Shown: positions 38,413 to 51,600 of the stretch, in pieces
Position numbering within the stretch: the stretch's first letter is position 1
Layout of the letters: the number at the start of each line of letters is the position of its first letter
From: Bilabrum cf. latius
Lineage: Eukaryota
Direction: 5' to 3'
Assembly: GCA_965178125.1 (NCBI GenBank)
Contig: OZ237739.1
Coordinates: forward strand, 1,054,001-1,118,000
Length of the DNA: 64,000 nt
The notes under the pieces: generated by a model
What the model was told of the DNA's origin: nothing
Seen by the model: only the letters and a program-made list of their open reading frames with translations
Databases searched by the model: none
Program-made: the position numbers and the translations under genes

Positions 38413-39417
38413 ATGTAGAGGGGGTAGGACTGCAGTGGGTGTTGCTCGTGTTGCTGCACGCGGTTCGGAAATACCCAGCGATTCTTTTTGCTGGGGTGTT
38501 GCTTTCGAGAACCGAAGGATAGAGACGACGGGGATGCTTCCAGAGATGAGCTGCTGGGCTCGTTGATTTCTGCTGGTTTGGTTATTGACGATTTGCCGCC
38601 GGATTCTGAAGTTTTTGGCCTACCTGCTTCTGAATGCAGTGCCACCGTGCCACCTGTGCAGTTGAATCCAGGTTCTACAGGTGCCAGTGCACCGACCATC
38701 CAGCAGAACGCCGGTGGCTCGGAAGTTGGAGGCGAATCATCAACCGCCACGCCTACGCCTACGCCATCGAAGGAGTCCGGGGTGCCAGCAGCCGCAGCGC
38801 CCGGCACAAAACCGAGCATGTCGCGAGAAGAGCGAAGTCAAATACTGCGCTCGAGGGAATATCGTATGGGCCACTTGTCCGGGCTACCGAGGTTTCGATG
38901 TCCCCTGTTTCCTTGCACGATCCATTGCATGGCGAAGGAAGGGTACCCGTGGGTTACCGCCGCTCTGTACATTCTGAGCATTGCGGCCAGCGTAACAACC
39001 CTATCTCTAGTTAGCTGGAGGCTGCATATGGCCGTGTTCTGGGTGCAAGCCGCGCTGATTGCTGCCCTCTTGGCCAGCGCGCTGTGCACGTCGGTATCGG
39101 ACCCCGGCATTATTATCCGACAGAGCGAGCGAAGATGCAACCAACAGAGAGCATTCCTAGAGCGAGAGGGCCTCTTGGACCTGCACACGTACTGCGACAA
39201 ATGCAAGGCCTGGAGGCCCAGCTGGACCACACACTGCGAATGGTGCGACTGCTGCGTCACTAGCAGTGACCACCACTGCCCCGTCTCGGGGAACCACATT
39301 GGAGGTCTTAATATGCTGCAATTTCAGTGCATGGGCGGTTTCTCTCAGTTGATGTGCTACTTTGTGCTGGGCCAGCTAGTGGCTCTGGCCGTCGTCGGCA
39401 TACGGGCTGCACTATGA
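38413..39417 (+). CDS. DHHC-type protein S-palmitoyltransferase
   Basis: SDPGII, YCDKCKAWRPSWTTHCEWCDCCVTSSDHHCPVSGNHIG; the only in-frame ATG near the 5' end gives M*RG*DCSGCCSCCC; ends TGA. Confidence 0.88.
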
Positions 39418-39645
39418 CCTTGTTGACACCCACAGATTGGGAGACTGGGGGACTGATTTTGTCTACCGAAAATGCTTTTATGTAGCCCGTTGACTTCTCT
39501 CAAGTGCTGTGAGCACGCACACACATACGCATGACCCACACGGCACGCCCTCGCAACTATGGCCCCCCGTCCCAGCACCGCAATGCGCTGCAAGGACAGC
39601 CGGCAGAGCGCGGGGCACGCCAGCACACGCATCGTACTCCATCAG

Positions 39646-42600
39646 TCAGCCCCTTGGGCCGTGCTTGTACACCCCTCCACCCGCTGGATCCCTGTCCCTG
39701 GTCCTTCCCGGCACCACCCCCGGCCGGCTCGATCTTGTCGGACCCCCCATGTCGCCGCTGCCATAGCCAGACCGGCGCTTGTGGTGGTGCGAATGCGCGC
39801 CGCCTCCCATTTCGTACGATACAGACTCACCCACTGCCCCGCTTCCACCGGTGGACCGCCTGTGTCCACTGCGGCTACCACTGCGGCTACCCGCTCTGCT
39901 GCCTGCCCGGCTCCCTGCTCGGCTACCCACCTGTGCGGTAGTCATACCAGGCATGCCTCCCCTTCCAAGCATCATCGAGGGGTGCTGCGCCAGAGGTCTT
40001 GCACCCCCCATGCCCCCGGCTCCCATCCCTCCCCCCATACCTGGGTGCATGCTGCCCCCCATTGGGGACATGCCAGGGACACCACCCCCACCACCCATCA
40101 TCATCCCGCCGCCCATCGTGGGTGACCGCTGCATGCCGCCCTGCCCCATCATCTGCATCTGTTGCTGCTGCCTCCGCCACATCATAATCTGCTACTACTG
40201 CTGCATCTGCAGCTGCTGGATCGTCTGCGTCGGGACCTGCTGCGGCAGCACAATCTATCCGTTGGGCAGCCTGATCCTGACGCCCTGCGGGGTCTGGAAC
40301 GGACCAACCAGAACTGGGGGCTGCATCACCCGGCCGCCCATTGTACCCACAGGAATCGACTGGCCCCTCGACATCCCCGATGGATCCATGCGCCCATCGC
40401 CCATCACAAAGCTGCCAGCCATCGCCATGGGGCTACGACCAGCTGGGGGAACACCGCCCATCCCGCTGCCAGGCCGACGGTTCGCAGCCGGTGAAACCGG
40501 ACCTGATCCATGCATGCCCATCCCCATCCCCGCCCCCCTGCCGCTGCCACCGCTGCCACCTGACTGCATGTGCATCCTTTGCTCTGCTGCCGCTCGGTCC
40601 AACGCGTCACCACCAGTGGGACCACCCTGACGCGCAGCCGCTTCCGCTTCCGCTTTGGCTTTCTTGGCGTCGATCCTATCCTGCGCCAACCTCTTTGCAA
40701 TCTCGATCTGCTGCCGCCTGGCCATTTCCTCCGCGCTTGCTTCAGCGGCCGCAGCTGGTGCTGGAGCCGGAACCGGTGCGGGAGCAGGCCCCGCAGCAGG
40801 CGAGCGCGCGTGCGCATTGGACTGCATGGGAGACACTGGTGGCTCCTTTCCAACGGCCACTGTGGATGGAACAGACCCTGCGGCGCTACTTGCACCCGAT
40901 GGCAGGCCTTTCGCGGTTTCATTGCCATCGTTTGGCGCGGGTGCAAGTTTCCGCGGAGTGATCCGCTCACCCGTTGCGATGCCCCCGCTGCCAACCGACG
41001 AGAACGAAGTGGCCTTGTGCAGAGGCAGGTTCCCAGCTTCTCTTGGCGAGATCCGATTTGAATCAGCAATCGTGAGTGGCTGCATGCCTGCGGCCTTGCC
41101 CCCAGGGCCACTACCGGGAGTGCTCCCCGGAGGTTTCTCGTCGTGGCCGTAGCGCTCTTCGAGTGGCTGAGCGAGCAGCTGTGCGCGACTCATTGGCGCA
41201 GCGCCGCTGAAATCGCCGTCCTTCTGGTTCGCCATGGCGAGGGCAGCCGCAGCGGCAAGCTTTCTCTGCTCGTCCGTCTTGAGATCTCTGTCGGCGTCGA
41301 AGAACTCAGATGCACCGCCCCGGCGCGCGGCAAACGAGCCTGTCTTGCGGAGCCCGATCCCTGCCTGCTTGAGACCCTCCCGCTCGGCCTTGCTGAGGTC
41401 AGTTTCACCCGCCTTGAGGCGACGAGTTGCCTCGCCCGGTGCAATGAGGCCAGTTTTGGAGGTCTCTGGGTCGTCGATCCCAGTGGCAAAGCTCCCCATG
41501 GACGGCTGCAGCAAGCTCGCTCGACGGCCTCGGACATCCGCGGCGCTCGCCTGCCGCTTGAGCGTCTGCTGCTTCTTGCTCGTCATCTGAACGATGATCT
41601 CAGCCTTCCGCAGGCGGTTCTCAAACCCGAGCACACCGATCCCGGCATTCCTCACCTTCTGCTCGAAGTCTTCCAGGAAAGCCCTGCTCAGCTTGAGCTT
41701 GAAGCGGTCCTCGATGCCTGGCAGCAGGTCATCCGCGTCATCCATGGCACCATTGCTCTTCTCCAGAGCCTTCTCGATCGGCTTGCCCACCTTTGCCGGC
41801 AGCACACCCATGTTCTTTGCCCTGACTCGGTCGATGAGACCTTCATACGAGATGGTCGTGCCCTTGAGGCGGGTCAAGTAGATCCCAAACAGCCTGCGAA
41901 GTGCAGCGGCGCCGCCCAGCTTGGCCTCAGCAGCGTCAAACCCCTCGCCCTCATTGCCTTGTGCCTCCAGCAGCCTCGGCTCCACGATGGCTTGCACGGC
42001 CTGGCTGATGCCCTGCTCGTCCATGGCCTGCTTTGCCCTTGCCTGCATCGAGCGAGCCTGCGTGCCGGGGTCCGTCAGTGCAGCGGCGAGGCTGCGGCTG
42101 CCCTTGGTTTCCTCCAGAGCGCTGAGCTGGGGTCGCTCCGTGGCAGCAAGCAAGTGTGCCATGTCAGCTGGCATTTCCACCCGCCCGCCCCGAAGTTTGG
42201 CCTGAGCCGCTGCCTCTTCCAGTCGCTTCATCGCGCGATCTGCCGCCCGCTTGCGCTGGGCCAAGTTCCGTCGCTCCTTGGTCGCCGCTGTGACTGCTTG
42301 CAGCGCCTGGGCCGCAGCGAGCATGAAATCCGACACGATGGGCTCGCACAGCCAGTCCGACTGCCCGGGCACCTCCCACCAATGAGCCGCAAGGCTTCCG
42401 GGACGATCTGAGGTCGAGTGGCTCTTCTAGATTGTGCCAGAGTCCTCCTCACCATCGTCGTTCCCCACATTATCGAGCACCGCCGCTGGCACACCGTGGT
42501 GCCTCACCCGCCTGCCTGTCGTCTCTGCAGCCTTGATGGCACCCTCGGCGTGCTCAAGAGCCGCCTCCATGGCAGCTGCCTCCCTGGTGCCCCTCTGGAA

Positions 42601-45600
42601 CACATGGCCCTCCGTGGACTCCTCCTTTACGTCTTCCTGCAGGCTCTCCAGCCGTCCCTTGGCTTGTTCCAGACGAGCCTAAGCATCCCTTTCTCGGCTG
42701 AGCAGCTTGTCGATCTTGGACTTGTGAGTTGTGTTGTAGGTTCCAACTGCAGCACGCAGCTTCTTGACGGCGTCGTCTGCCTCCTGGGCCTGCACTTCGG
42801 CTGAGGACACGCCCCTTTCTGCCCTCTTCAGTGCCTTGCCTCGGTCTTCAGGCCCGCGCGCTGCCTCTAGCATCGGTCCGAGCATGCGGTTACCGTCTTT
42901 GCACGCGCGGATCGCTGCATCCACCGCTGCTTCGGCCTCGTGCTCTGCCTCCTCGACGTCTCGGGATGGGGCATTCAGCACCCTGCGAGCCTGCGGCGAT
43001 TCGGCGCCAGCACCGCTAGAAGCTCCACCGGCAGCCAGCATGCTAGCTGGCTTGGTGCCCTGGAACTGAGCCGCGAGTCGCTTCCATTCGTCCTCTGCCC
43101 GCTTTGTCTGCTCGTCCGCCTAGTCGAGTCTTCGTCTGAATTCATCCTCCTGCGTGCCGAGCTGCTACAGCTGCCTTTGCACCTCTGCAGACCACTCTGC
43201 GATGGCCTACTCGGCCTCCTCCGTTTGTCCCTTGGCTGTATCAGCAGCAGGCAAGAGCTTCTTGACGAGGGCGGCCACGCCAGCACTGGCGGCATCACGG
43301 GTGTCCTTCAGGCGCTGGGCCTCCTCAGGCCCCACGGTGGGAGCAACGCCCTCCTCTGCGTATTCGTCCTCGTCCACGTCCGCCAAATCGCAGCTTGTCT
43401 TGGCCTCCTCTTCGGCGCCACGAGCGTCCGCCAGCGCGCTACTGAGCTCATCGCCGACTCGGATGGCGGCTTCTGCGGCCGCAAGCTTCCCGTCGATCTC
43501 GGTGCTCGGCGCCCCCAGATCGTCGTACTTGCCACGAGCTTTGGCTGCCCTCTCCCGCAGCTGGTGGAGCGCCTGCGCCGCGGCCAAGATGGGCGCCCCG
43601 TTCTCCTATTCATTCAGCAGCTTGCGGACGGCACGATCGGCCATGTTGACCTTGAGCTGTGCCGGGGGCACGGAGTCCACGAATTCTCTCTGCAGGTGCG
43701 GGGGCGCGTCAGTCCTCGGCACAAAGGAGGTGCCTGCAGCCAGCGAGGGCGAGGGCGACATCAAGGTGCCGGAAGGGGACTCTGCGGCGCCGCTCGCCTT
43801 GATGCTTGCCTCATCGTCATCGGGCTTGAAGAAAGCCTGCTTGCTCCGAACCGTGCTTGGATCCGTCGTGCCAAGCGTGGACCCTGACTTGGCACCGACC
43901 ATGTCCCGCAGTGTGGCAGACGTACCGACGGTGTGCTGCGCCTCAGCCACCAGCTCGGCGGCGTGATCCACCCTGCGCTGATCCGCCACAATAGCTGCAC
44001 CTGCTCGCAGTTTCTCCGTGGCGTCCATGGCGATTCCAGTCCCCTCCATCTCCGGGTCTTCTAGCCCCTTGCGCTTGCTCCGGGCACTCTTGAGTGCGGT
44101 GAGCCTTGCACCCACCGTGCGCAGTCGTACCTGGGCCCGAGACAGGGCCGCAGACGCCTCGGCGACGTCTAGGAGCCGCTGCTGGTTCAGAGCCTCCTTT
44201 GCCTGGGCTTCATCGGCAAGTGTTGCTTTGGCTGCACGACGCAGAGCGTCCGATGCTCGCGGCAGCAACTTCTCTGCAAACTCGCGGATGGCAGCAGCGG
44301 CCGCGGGCGTGAACGCAGGGAGGCGCTCGTTGTCTGCTGCCTCCCCCAACTCCGCAACAGTCGCGTGCGTGTCGCCTGCCGCTCCCGAGGCACCCACCGA
44401 AACGGCCCCACCTCCTGCCACAAAGCCAGTCAGGGCACCAGCGCCGTCGTGTTGGCCAGAGGCAGCATCCAAAAGGGCCTGCTCGGCGTCTGCGGCCTCC
44501 TCTGGCTCCTGCAAGATCATGCTGATGCGCTTGCCTCTCCGAGTACGCCTACGCCTCGGCTGTCCCGCCTCTCCGCTAGGATCGGCAGACACGGAACTGC
44601 CAGAAGGCGAGGCAGTCTGCGAAGCCGCCACGCTTGCCGCGCCCGAGAGTTCTTTATCCAAGGCAGCATCCGCCAGAGCGGCCGCTCCAGCGGCAGAGGG
44701 TCCGTTTGGCGAGAACACGATGCCTGCGGGGTCTCCAGCCGATGACTTGCCCCGCACATGACGACCGACAGATCCAGAGCCATTCGCAGGTGAGGGCAGG
44801 ACATCACTGGGGTCACCTCCATCGAAAAAACCGGCGATTTCGAGCGACTGGCTGACTTCTGGCATTCCCATTGCCTTTGATCGGGCCTTGGTGGCAGCAA
44901 GTACCGTCGAGGAGGCCTCCTGCATTGCATCAGCAGAGGCACTCGAGACGGCAGACCGAACTGCCACCGGTGAGGCAGACAGCGATGATCTCCTCCTCTT
45001 CCTGCGTATGTTCTTGGACAGCTTAACTGCCTCTTTCTGCTTGCTCCAAAGCAGCTCCAGCGCGTCTTGCGACTCTCGCAATCGCTTGCTGGCCTTTGCG
45101 AGCAGCCGCAGCAGCCTCTTTGCAGCGCTCAGTTTGAGCTGCTCGTCGTGAGACTCCACCTCGCGCTCCGCTTCTGCCACCGAGCCGCCAGCAGTAGTGA
45201 TCGAGCCCTCGTAGCGCCTCAGCAGCCGCTGATCCGGGATGACCCTGCCGTCCTCTGAGAGCTTCTGCACCTCTTCTTCGCCAACATCGTCGTCGTCCTC
45301 GCTCTCTAGCGTGGTCTTCAGGGCCTTGGCAGCAGCGACAGACTGCTGGGCGCCGCTGACAGCCTTGGCCAGCTTGGCTGCAGCCACTATGTCCGCGGGT
45401 CCTCGCACATGAGAAGCCCGCGGGTCCACGTGGATGTCCAGCTTGAGCGGCGAGCGGATGGGCACGATGGTCTTCTCCAAGCCACCACCGGACTCCTCCT
45501 TCTTGCCTTTGCCTCCCATTGCGCCACCAAGCCTGGACCCGTCATCGGACACGGCCAGATCCGTGTCGCGGGCAGCACCAGTGACCATGTGGCTGTCGCC

Positions 45601-48600
45601 AAGCGGCGTGTCGTCTGCTTCGCGATCGTCACCTACCGCACCTTCATAGGTACTGCCAAGAGTACCGGCGAGCGAGGCATCCGGTTCCCGCCCACCACGG
45701 TTCTTCGCCCCTGCGCTCTGCGCCTTCTGGAACCAGTCCTCCACGGCGGTCATCCTCTCTACCAAGCCCTTCAGCTGCCTATCGCAGTTGTCCTTGCGGT
45801 CCAAAAGCGCGTTCTAGGCCGCCGTATTTTCGTCCTTTGCAGCCTTTCTGGCATGCTGCACGGCCGACTGCAGCGCACCGACCCTTTCCGCAAGTGAGGG
45901 AACTGATTTCACGAAGATATCTTGGTCGGTAGGCTCGCCGCTCCTTGCCTTGGCTGCCAGTTCACTGGTTGTGTCCACCTCTCCCAGTACATGCTGCCAG
46001 GCAGCTAGCAGAGGCACCGACTCGGTAGCTCCAGCAACAGCACCTCCTGCCGTTCTGTCACCGCCATCGCCAGCCCCGCCGTCGACAAGCGATTCAAGTG
46101 CGCGGGCGCTCAGCGGCAGATCAACCTTGGTCTCCTTCCAACGGGCCATCTCAATGTCTGTGGGCCCCGACACGGTGCCCAGTGCTGCCTTGATGCGGGC
46201 GAAACGAGCAATGGCATCGGCAACCGCCGAGGCAAGGGCGGCGGCCTGCTCGGCCTCTTGCTTCGATTCGCGATCCTGCAGCACTTTTGCGGCGTCTGCG
46301 GTGGCAGCATCAGCACGCGCTACAGCAGCAAAGAAACGCTGAGAATCAGCGGCGGCGGACGGATCGTCAGCAGCCGCATTCAAGCTGACCGAGCCCTCGC
46401 CCAGGGCCGCCTAGACGATCGAGCTGCGCCTCCTCTACCTCCTGGACATCGACTTGCCGCTGGTAGACCTGCCGCCTGCCTTCTCTCTGGCACGACTCGC
46501 AGCGGCCTCCTCGAAAGTGGTTTCCTCCTCGTCACTCTCCCCCTCGTCGTCCTCCTCTATCTCCACGCCGACGCCCTTGGCTTGCTCCAGGGCGGCTGAC
46601 TCGGCATCTGCAAGCACCTTTGGCTTGGTATTGTCGGCCTCCTTCAGGCGCTGTCCAGCAACGCCTACGGCCGCACTGGCGCTGTCTGGGCCTTCCTCCG
46701 GTCTAGACTCGCGTTCGCGCTGCCTGATTCCCTTGAGACGGTTCCGAATTCCCGTGAGACTGGCAATGGCTGCCTGCATGCGGGACACGAGTGCCGCTCG
46801 CCGGCCGCCCGTGTCCGCCGCTTCACGGCTGTGCACTGCGTCTCCAGCGCGATCTAGGGCACGCTTGAGCTTATCCAGTGCCTCATCAAGCGATCGAACC
46901 GCTGCGTGTGCGTCGTGTGGGCCTGTTTCACCGTCCAACCACGCTTGCGACTACATGTCATTCGGCTGCAGAGCGTCGCGCAGGCGATCGCACTCGCGGG
47001 CTGCTAGCCTTGCTTCGTCCAATGCCTCGGCCACGACTGCGTCCTCCTCGGCCTGGGCGCGCCTGCGGGCTTCCTCTCGGGCACGGGCAGCCTCCGCCTT
47101 GACGGCCGCAAGCCTGTCTGCCCTCGCTGCCGCGTCGCCTCCAGCACCAGACGCAGCACCAGCAGCGCTCAAAGGCTTGCTCTCAATGGCACCAAGTCGC
47201 CCAATTTCGTCTCGTGAAGCTGCGTCCGCCTCATCGAGCGCCTCTCGCTTCCTCCTAAATGCCTTGTCAGCATCTGACAGCTCATCCACCTTGCCCGAAG
47301 CAGACTTGAGCGTGTCCATGAGCGGTTTCGCCAGCTCGAGAGCTTCGCCTCTCTGCTTCCGTTTCGCTTCCAGCCTCTCCGCGGCTTCCTGCTGGTTGCG
47401 GCGGTCTCGCGCCTGCACGGCCCGCTCCGCCTCGCCTGCCTTCGACTCGGCGTCGCTGGCAGCTGCGGCGAATCGAGCCACGAGGGATTCATCTAGCGTG
47501 TTCTCCAGCTCATCGTCATCCTCCTCAGCCCTGCCGTCGGCTTCCGCCTCTCCATCGGCAGCAGCGCTATCTCCCGCTGGCTTGCCTGCCCGAGCATCCG
47601 CGATCTGACGCTTCAGGGCAGCTGCCCTGGCCTCGTCTCGACGCGCTTGCTCTTCCGCAGCTTGCTTGGCCTCGTCCTTAGCCTTTCCTACCGATCGCGC
47701 GAGCGCCTGCGCCTGGGCCAAACTGGAAGTGGCAGTGTCGACAGCCGTGGTGGCATCGTCGGCGGGAGCACCCGCCTCCTCGTTCTGCCTCTGTGCGCGC
47801 GCGACCCTTGGCTCCACGGCCCCCAGCTGTGCCTCTGCCCTCTCTGCCTCCGCCACTAACCGCTGCAGCCTCTCTCGTCTCTTGCGCCGCTTCCGCCTGA
47901 GCTTGGCAGATTTCTCCTCTGCTTCGATCATCCTCTCGGCATTGGCCACCGCAGCGTCCAGCCGCGCCCCCGCAGCAAGCACCTTCCTCTCGGCTTCCTC
48001 CCTCTCCTTGGACCCTACAGGCTTGTCGTCCATCTCTTTGAGCGTGTGCTTCAGCTGCGCCAGCAATGCCTCCAGGTCGGAGAGCTCGGGAAGCGCAGCC
48101 TTGAGCCACTCGTCATCCCCTTGCGCATCCTCGCCGTCTTCGTCACCAGCACGCTCGGCCTTGACTGCGCGCAGCGCGCGTGGCTTCAGGTGCTTGACAT
48201 GATCGTCGGCAGCCACGGTTCTGGCCTGCAGGTCAGAGACGGCTTCAAGTCTGTGACGGCGGTCCCGGGCCTGAGCTCGCGCCTGGAGGGCCTGCTGGGC
48301 CGCATCCGCTGACTCGGTGGCCTTCCTAGTGGCCTCGTGCACCAAGGGAGCTAGCCGCGCCACAGTGTCTGCCGCCTCCTCGGCTGTACCCGGCAGGCCA
48401 GTATTCGGATCCCCTGCCGCCTTGCGGGCTGCCAGCAAAGCCTGTTGCAGCAACATCATGGCCTAAGCTTCTTTCTGGGCCGCGTCAGCGACTGCATCCG
48501 AGGCCTCCTTCTCGGCCTCGGACCACTCTCCCGTGCCTGACCCGTCTGAGGCGCTAGCCTGGGCGGCGGCCTGATCCTCTGCATCTCTCGCCTGCATGGC

Positions 48601-51600
48601 TTCCACTGTCTTGTGCAGACCGTCTAGCTTCGCGGCTTTGTCCTGCAGCTGCGATCGGAGAGCATCTTTGGCCGCCTGGGCTGCCTTCTGACGGGCTTGG
48701 GAAAGCCCATTCTATCGGCCGGCGAAGCGGCGGAGGCCCGCAGCCGTAGCTGGATCGGACGAAGATAACGAGGAGCCACCAAGGTCCCTACGCTCCCGCC
48801 GGGCGTCTTGCGCCTACTCCTCCAGTTGCTGCAGCTCTCGCGGGATGGGCGCCCCAGCGGCCTCGAGCAGCTTCTTCAGCCCCGCAATGTCTTCTTCTGC
48901 TGCATGCAGCTCGTCATCGGCCACTTGAACCTCACGTCCCAGAGATGCCGCCTCCTTGTTCTGAGAAAGGGACGCCTTGTGCCTCTGGATCTGGTCCGTG
49001 GCTGCCTTGGCCTCAGCTAGGGCTCGCACGGCCAAGTCGGCCCGCTCGCTCGCAGGAAGCGGCTCGCCCATCTCTCCAGTCTCCTCATCTACGCCGTCGA
49101 TTGCATCCCGCTGCTTTTCCATGCGCTTCACGGCCTCGTTAGCCCGCTACAGCTCCTGTCGCGCTGCCGCCAGCGAGGCCCCACCGGGGTCCTGGTCCCA
49201 GGCCCGCCCCTGTATGGTCGCTTCGGCCTCGGCCTCGTTGAGTTCCTGCTCCATGTCGTCCACATGCTTCTTTGCGTCCTCGATACGGGCGTCCAGCGCA
49301 CGTCGCAAAGCCACCGCTGACATTTCCTCGGCTTCTGCTACCTTGCGCCGCGCATCAGACACGCCGGACCCGAGCTGCCTGGCGAAATCTTCGTTCACTT
49401 CGTTCTCTTCTAAATCGCTGTCACCGTCCTCACTGGCACCGCTCGCGGCTCCCACGTTACCCAGCATGGATCGGATCGTTTCCGCCGCCACGACGGCCCT
49501 CCCAGCCTCGTCCAGCGGTCCCCTTGCCGTGCCCTCATCGTCATGGCCCAGCTTGCCCGCCGCATGCTGCGCTTTTTGAAGCCTTTCGCGAAGCAATCCT
49601 AGCTCCTTGGAGTCAGCCACCGCCTTGTCGCGCACCTCCTTGCGACGCCTGGCCTCCCTCGCCTCCTCGTCCCGCCTCTGGGCCTCCTGCGTGGCAGCTG
49701 CCACCGTTCTGGCTGCGCTTCCGACAGCGGCAGGCAGGTTGGGAAGAGTCTCGAGGAGCTGCCGCAGCGCCGTCATGCGAGCCTGACTGCCCTCTGCAGA
49801 CGAATCAATGCCGTCGAGCAAGTCGCGGATCCTGCCCGCCTCCTGCTTCGCCTTTGCCACGGAGGAAGGCACACCGCCCTCGTCAGCCACCGCCGGATGC
49901 GACCCCTGCAGGGAGGCCGCGGCAGGCAGCACGTCGTCGTCCAGCTGCCGGATGGCTTCCATGGCGGTGCGCTTGGCATTGGCAAGATCTGCCTCTGCTT
50001 GCTCCCTGTCGCGCTGCACAGCCCGCGCTCGCAGAGCACCAGATGCCCGCTCCACCGCTTCTTTGGCCTTGCGAGCGGTGCGCAACACCCTCGGCACCGT
50101 GAGGTGCAGGTTCTGCTCGCTAGGTCGCTGGGCGACCTTGAGCAGCATGGCAGCTGCAGCTAGCGCCGCTTCCGCCTGAGAGATAGCTTCTTGTGCGGCG
50201 TCCTGCGGCGAGCCGTCGACCTTGTCTCTAGCCTGCACCGCCTTCATTCTCGCTCGTAATCCGGCCAATTCGCCCAGCGACTCGCTCAGCATGGATCGAA
50301 GCTTGGCTTCCGTGGCTTCGGAAGCCTCACGCACGGCTTGCGCCACCTTGCCCTGCTGCTTGATGTAACGCCGCAGCGCAGGCTGCTATGCTGGGTCCGT
50401 GTACGATAGGCCGGCCATCTGCTACCTGGCAGACTCAGCCTCTCGGATGGCCTGCAACGCGTCCGCTAGCTCCTGCGGGTGGTCACTACGTGCCTCCCTG
50501 GTGCCCGGCATCACGCCTCTCTCGGCATTGATCGGCGCCATGGCACCATCCAGGTGCTGTTGCAGCCTTCGGACCTCTGATTCGCCCTCGCGAAGGGCCT
50601 GGTCAGTGCGGAGCACCTCTCGGCCAAGCCGGGCACTCTCCCTAGTCTGCCTCACTTCGTCCAGAGTGCGCTCACTGGCCTGCTTGGCGTGCTCCGAGGT
50701 GGCCAGCGATGCGTCTGCGCGAGTGCGGGCATCATGGGCGGAATCCAGCACCTAGATGGCCTTCGCAGCCCTCGCCCGGCGCGCCAGCAGGAGAGCCTCT
50801 GTGGCGGCGGCATCTCTGGATTCGTCATCACCGTCCTCGTCCTCGCCTGCCCCGGCTCCGCTGGCAGCACCTGCCGCGCCAGCGCCCTGCTGTTCCAGAG
50901 CCGCTCGCTCAGCCTCGGCAGCAGCCTGCTCGGCCTCCTTGAGTACCTGGGAGGCTTGCATGTGTTCCCTGGCAGCCTCCTCCACGCTCACCCTGGCTGC
51001 TCCTACAGCCTGCCTCATGGGTCTGAGGATCGTCTCGTAGTTGCCGCCGTTGGACTCCTCTTTCTCTTCAGCCTCGGTGGCTTCAACCTCCTCGTTGGCC
51101 TTCCGCACAGCCTCCTCACCGGCCTGCAGCCGCTGCGCGCCGCGCGCGAGGGCGGCCTTGCCGATCGCGTTCTCTGCTTGCCTGCCCGCATCCAGCGCAC
51201 TGTGCGCTGCAATGGCCACACGAGATGCCAGCGGCTCGGAAATGTGCTGCGGGGCGAGAACACCGCCCTGCGCCTGCGAGGCACTGAATCCCATGGAGCC
51301 GCGACGGGCGCGAATGCTCCCACGCCTGCTCCCTCCAGTCGGAGACCCATCGTCCTCATCGTCGTCGTCCCCGGCCTGCCTGCTGGCAGCGGCGGCATCT
51401 ACGGCGGCAGACCTCAGAGCCCGCATGGAGGACTCTGCCTCTACCACCGCGCGATCGAAGGCCTGGGCTCTCTGCGAAGCCTCCACTTCTGCGGCTGCGC
51501 TCAGCTCCTGTGAGGGATCCTCGCTGGCAGCCTCGCCGTCGCCGGATTCTGTTTGGCTGCCCTTGCCACGGTCTCTGCGACGGCTACCCTGCAGGGCAAG

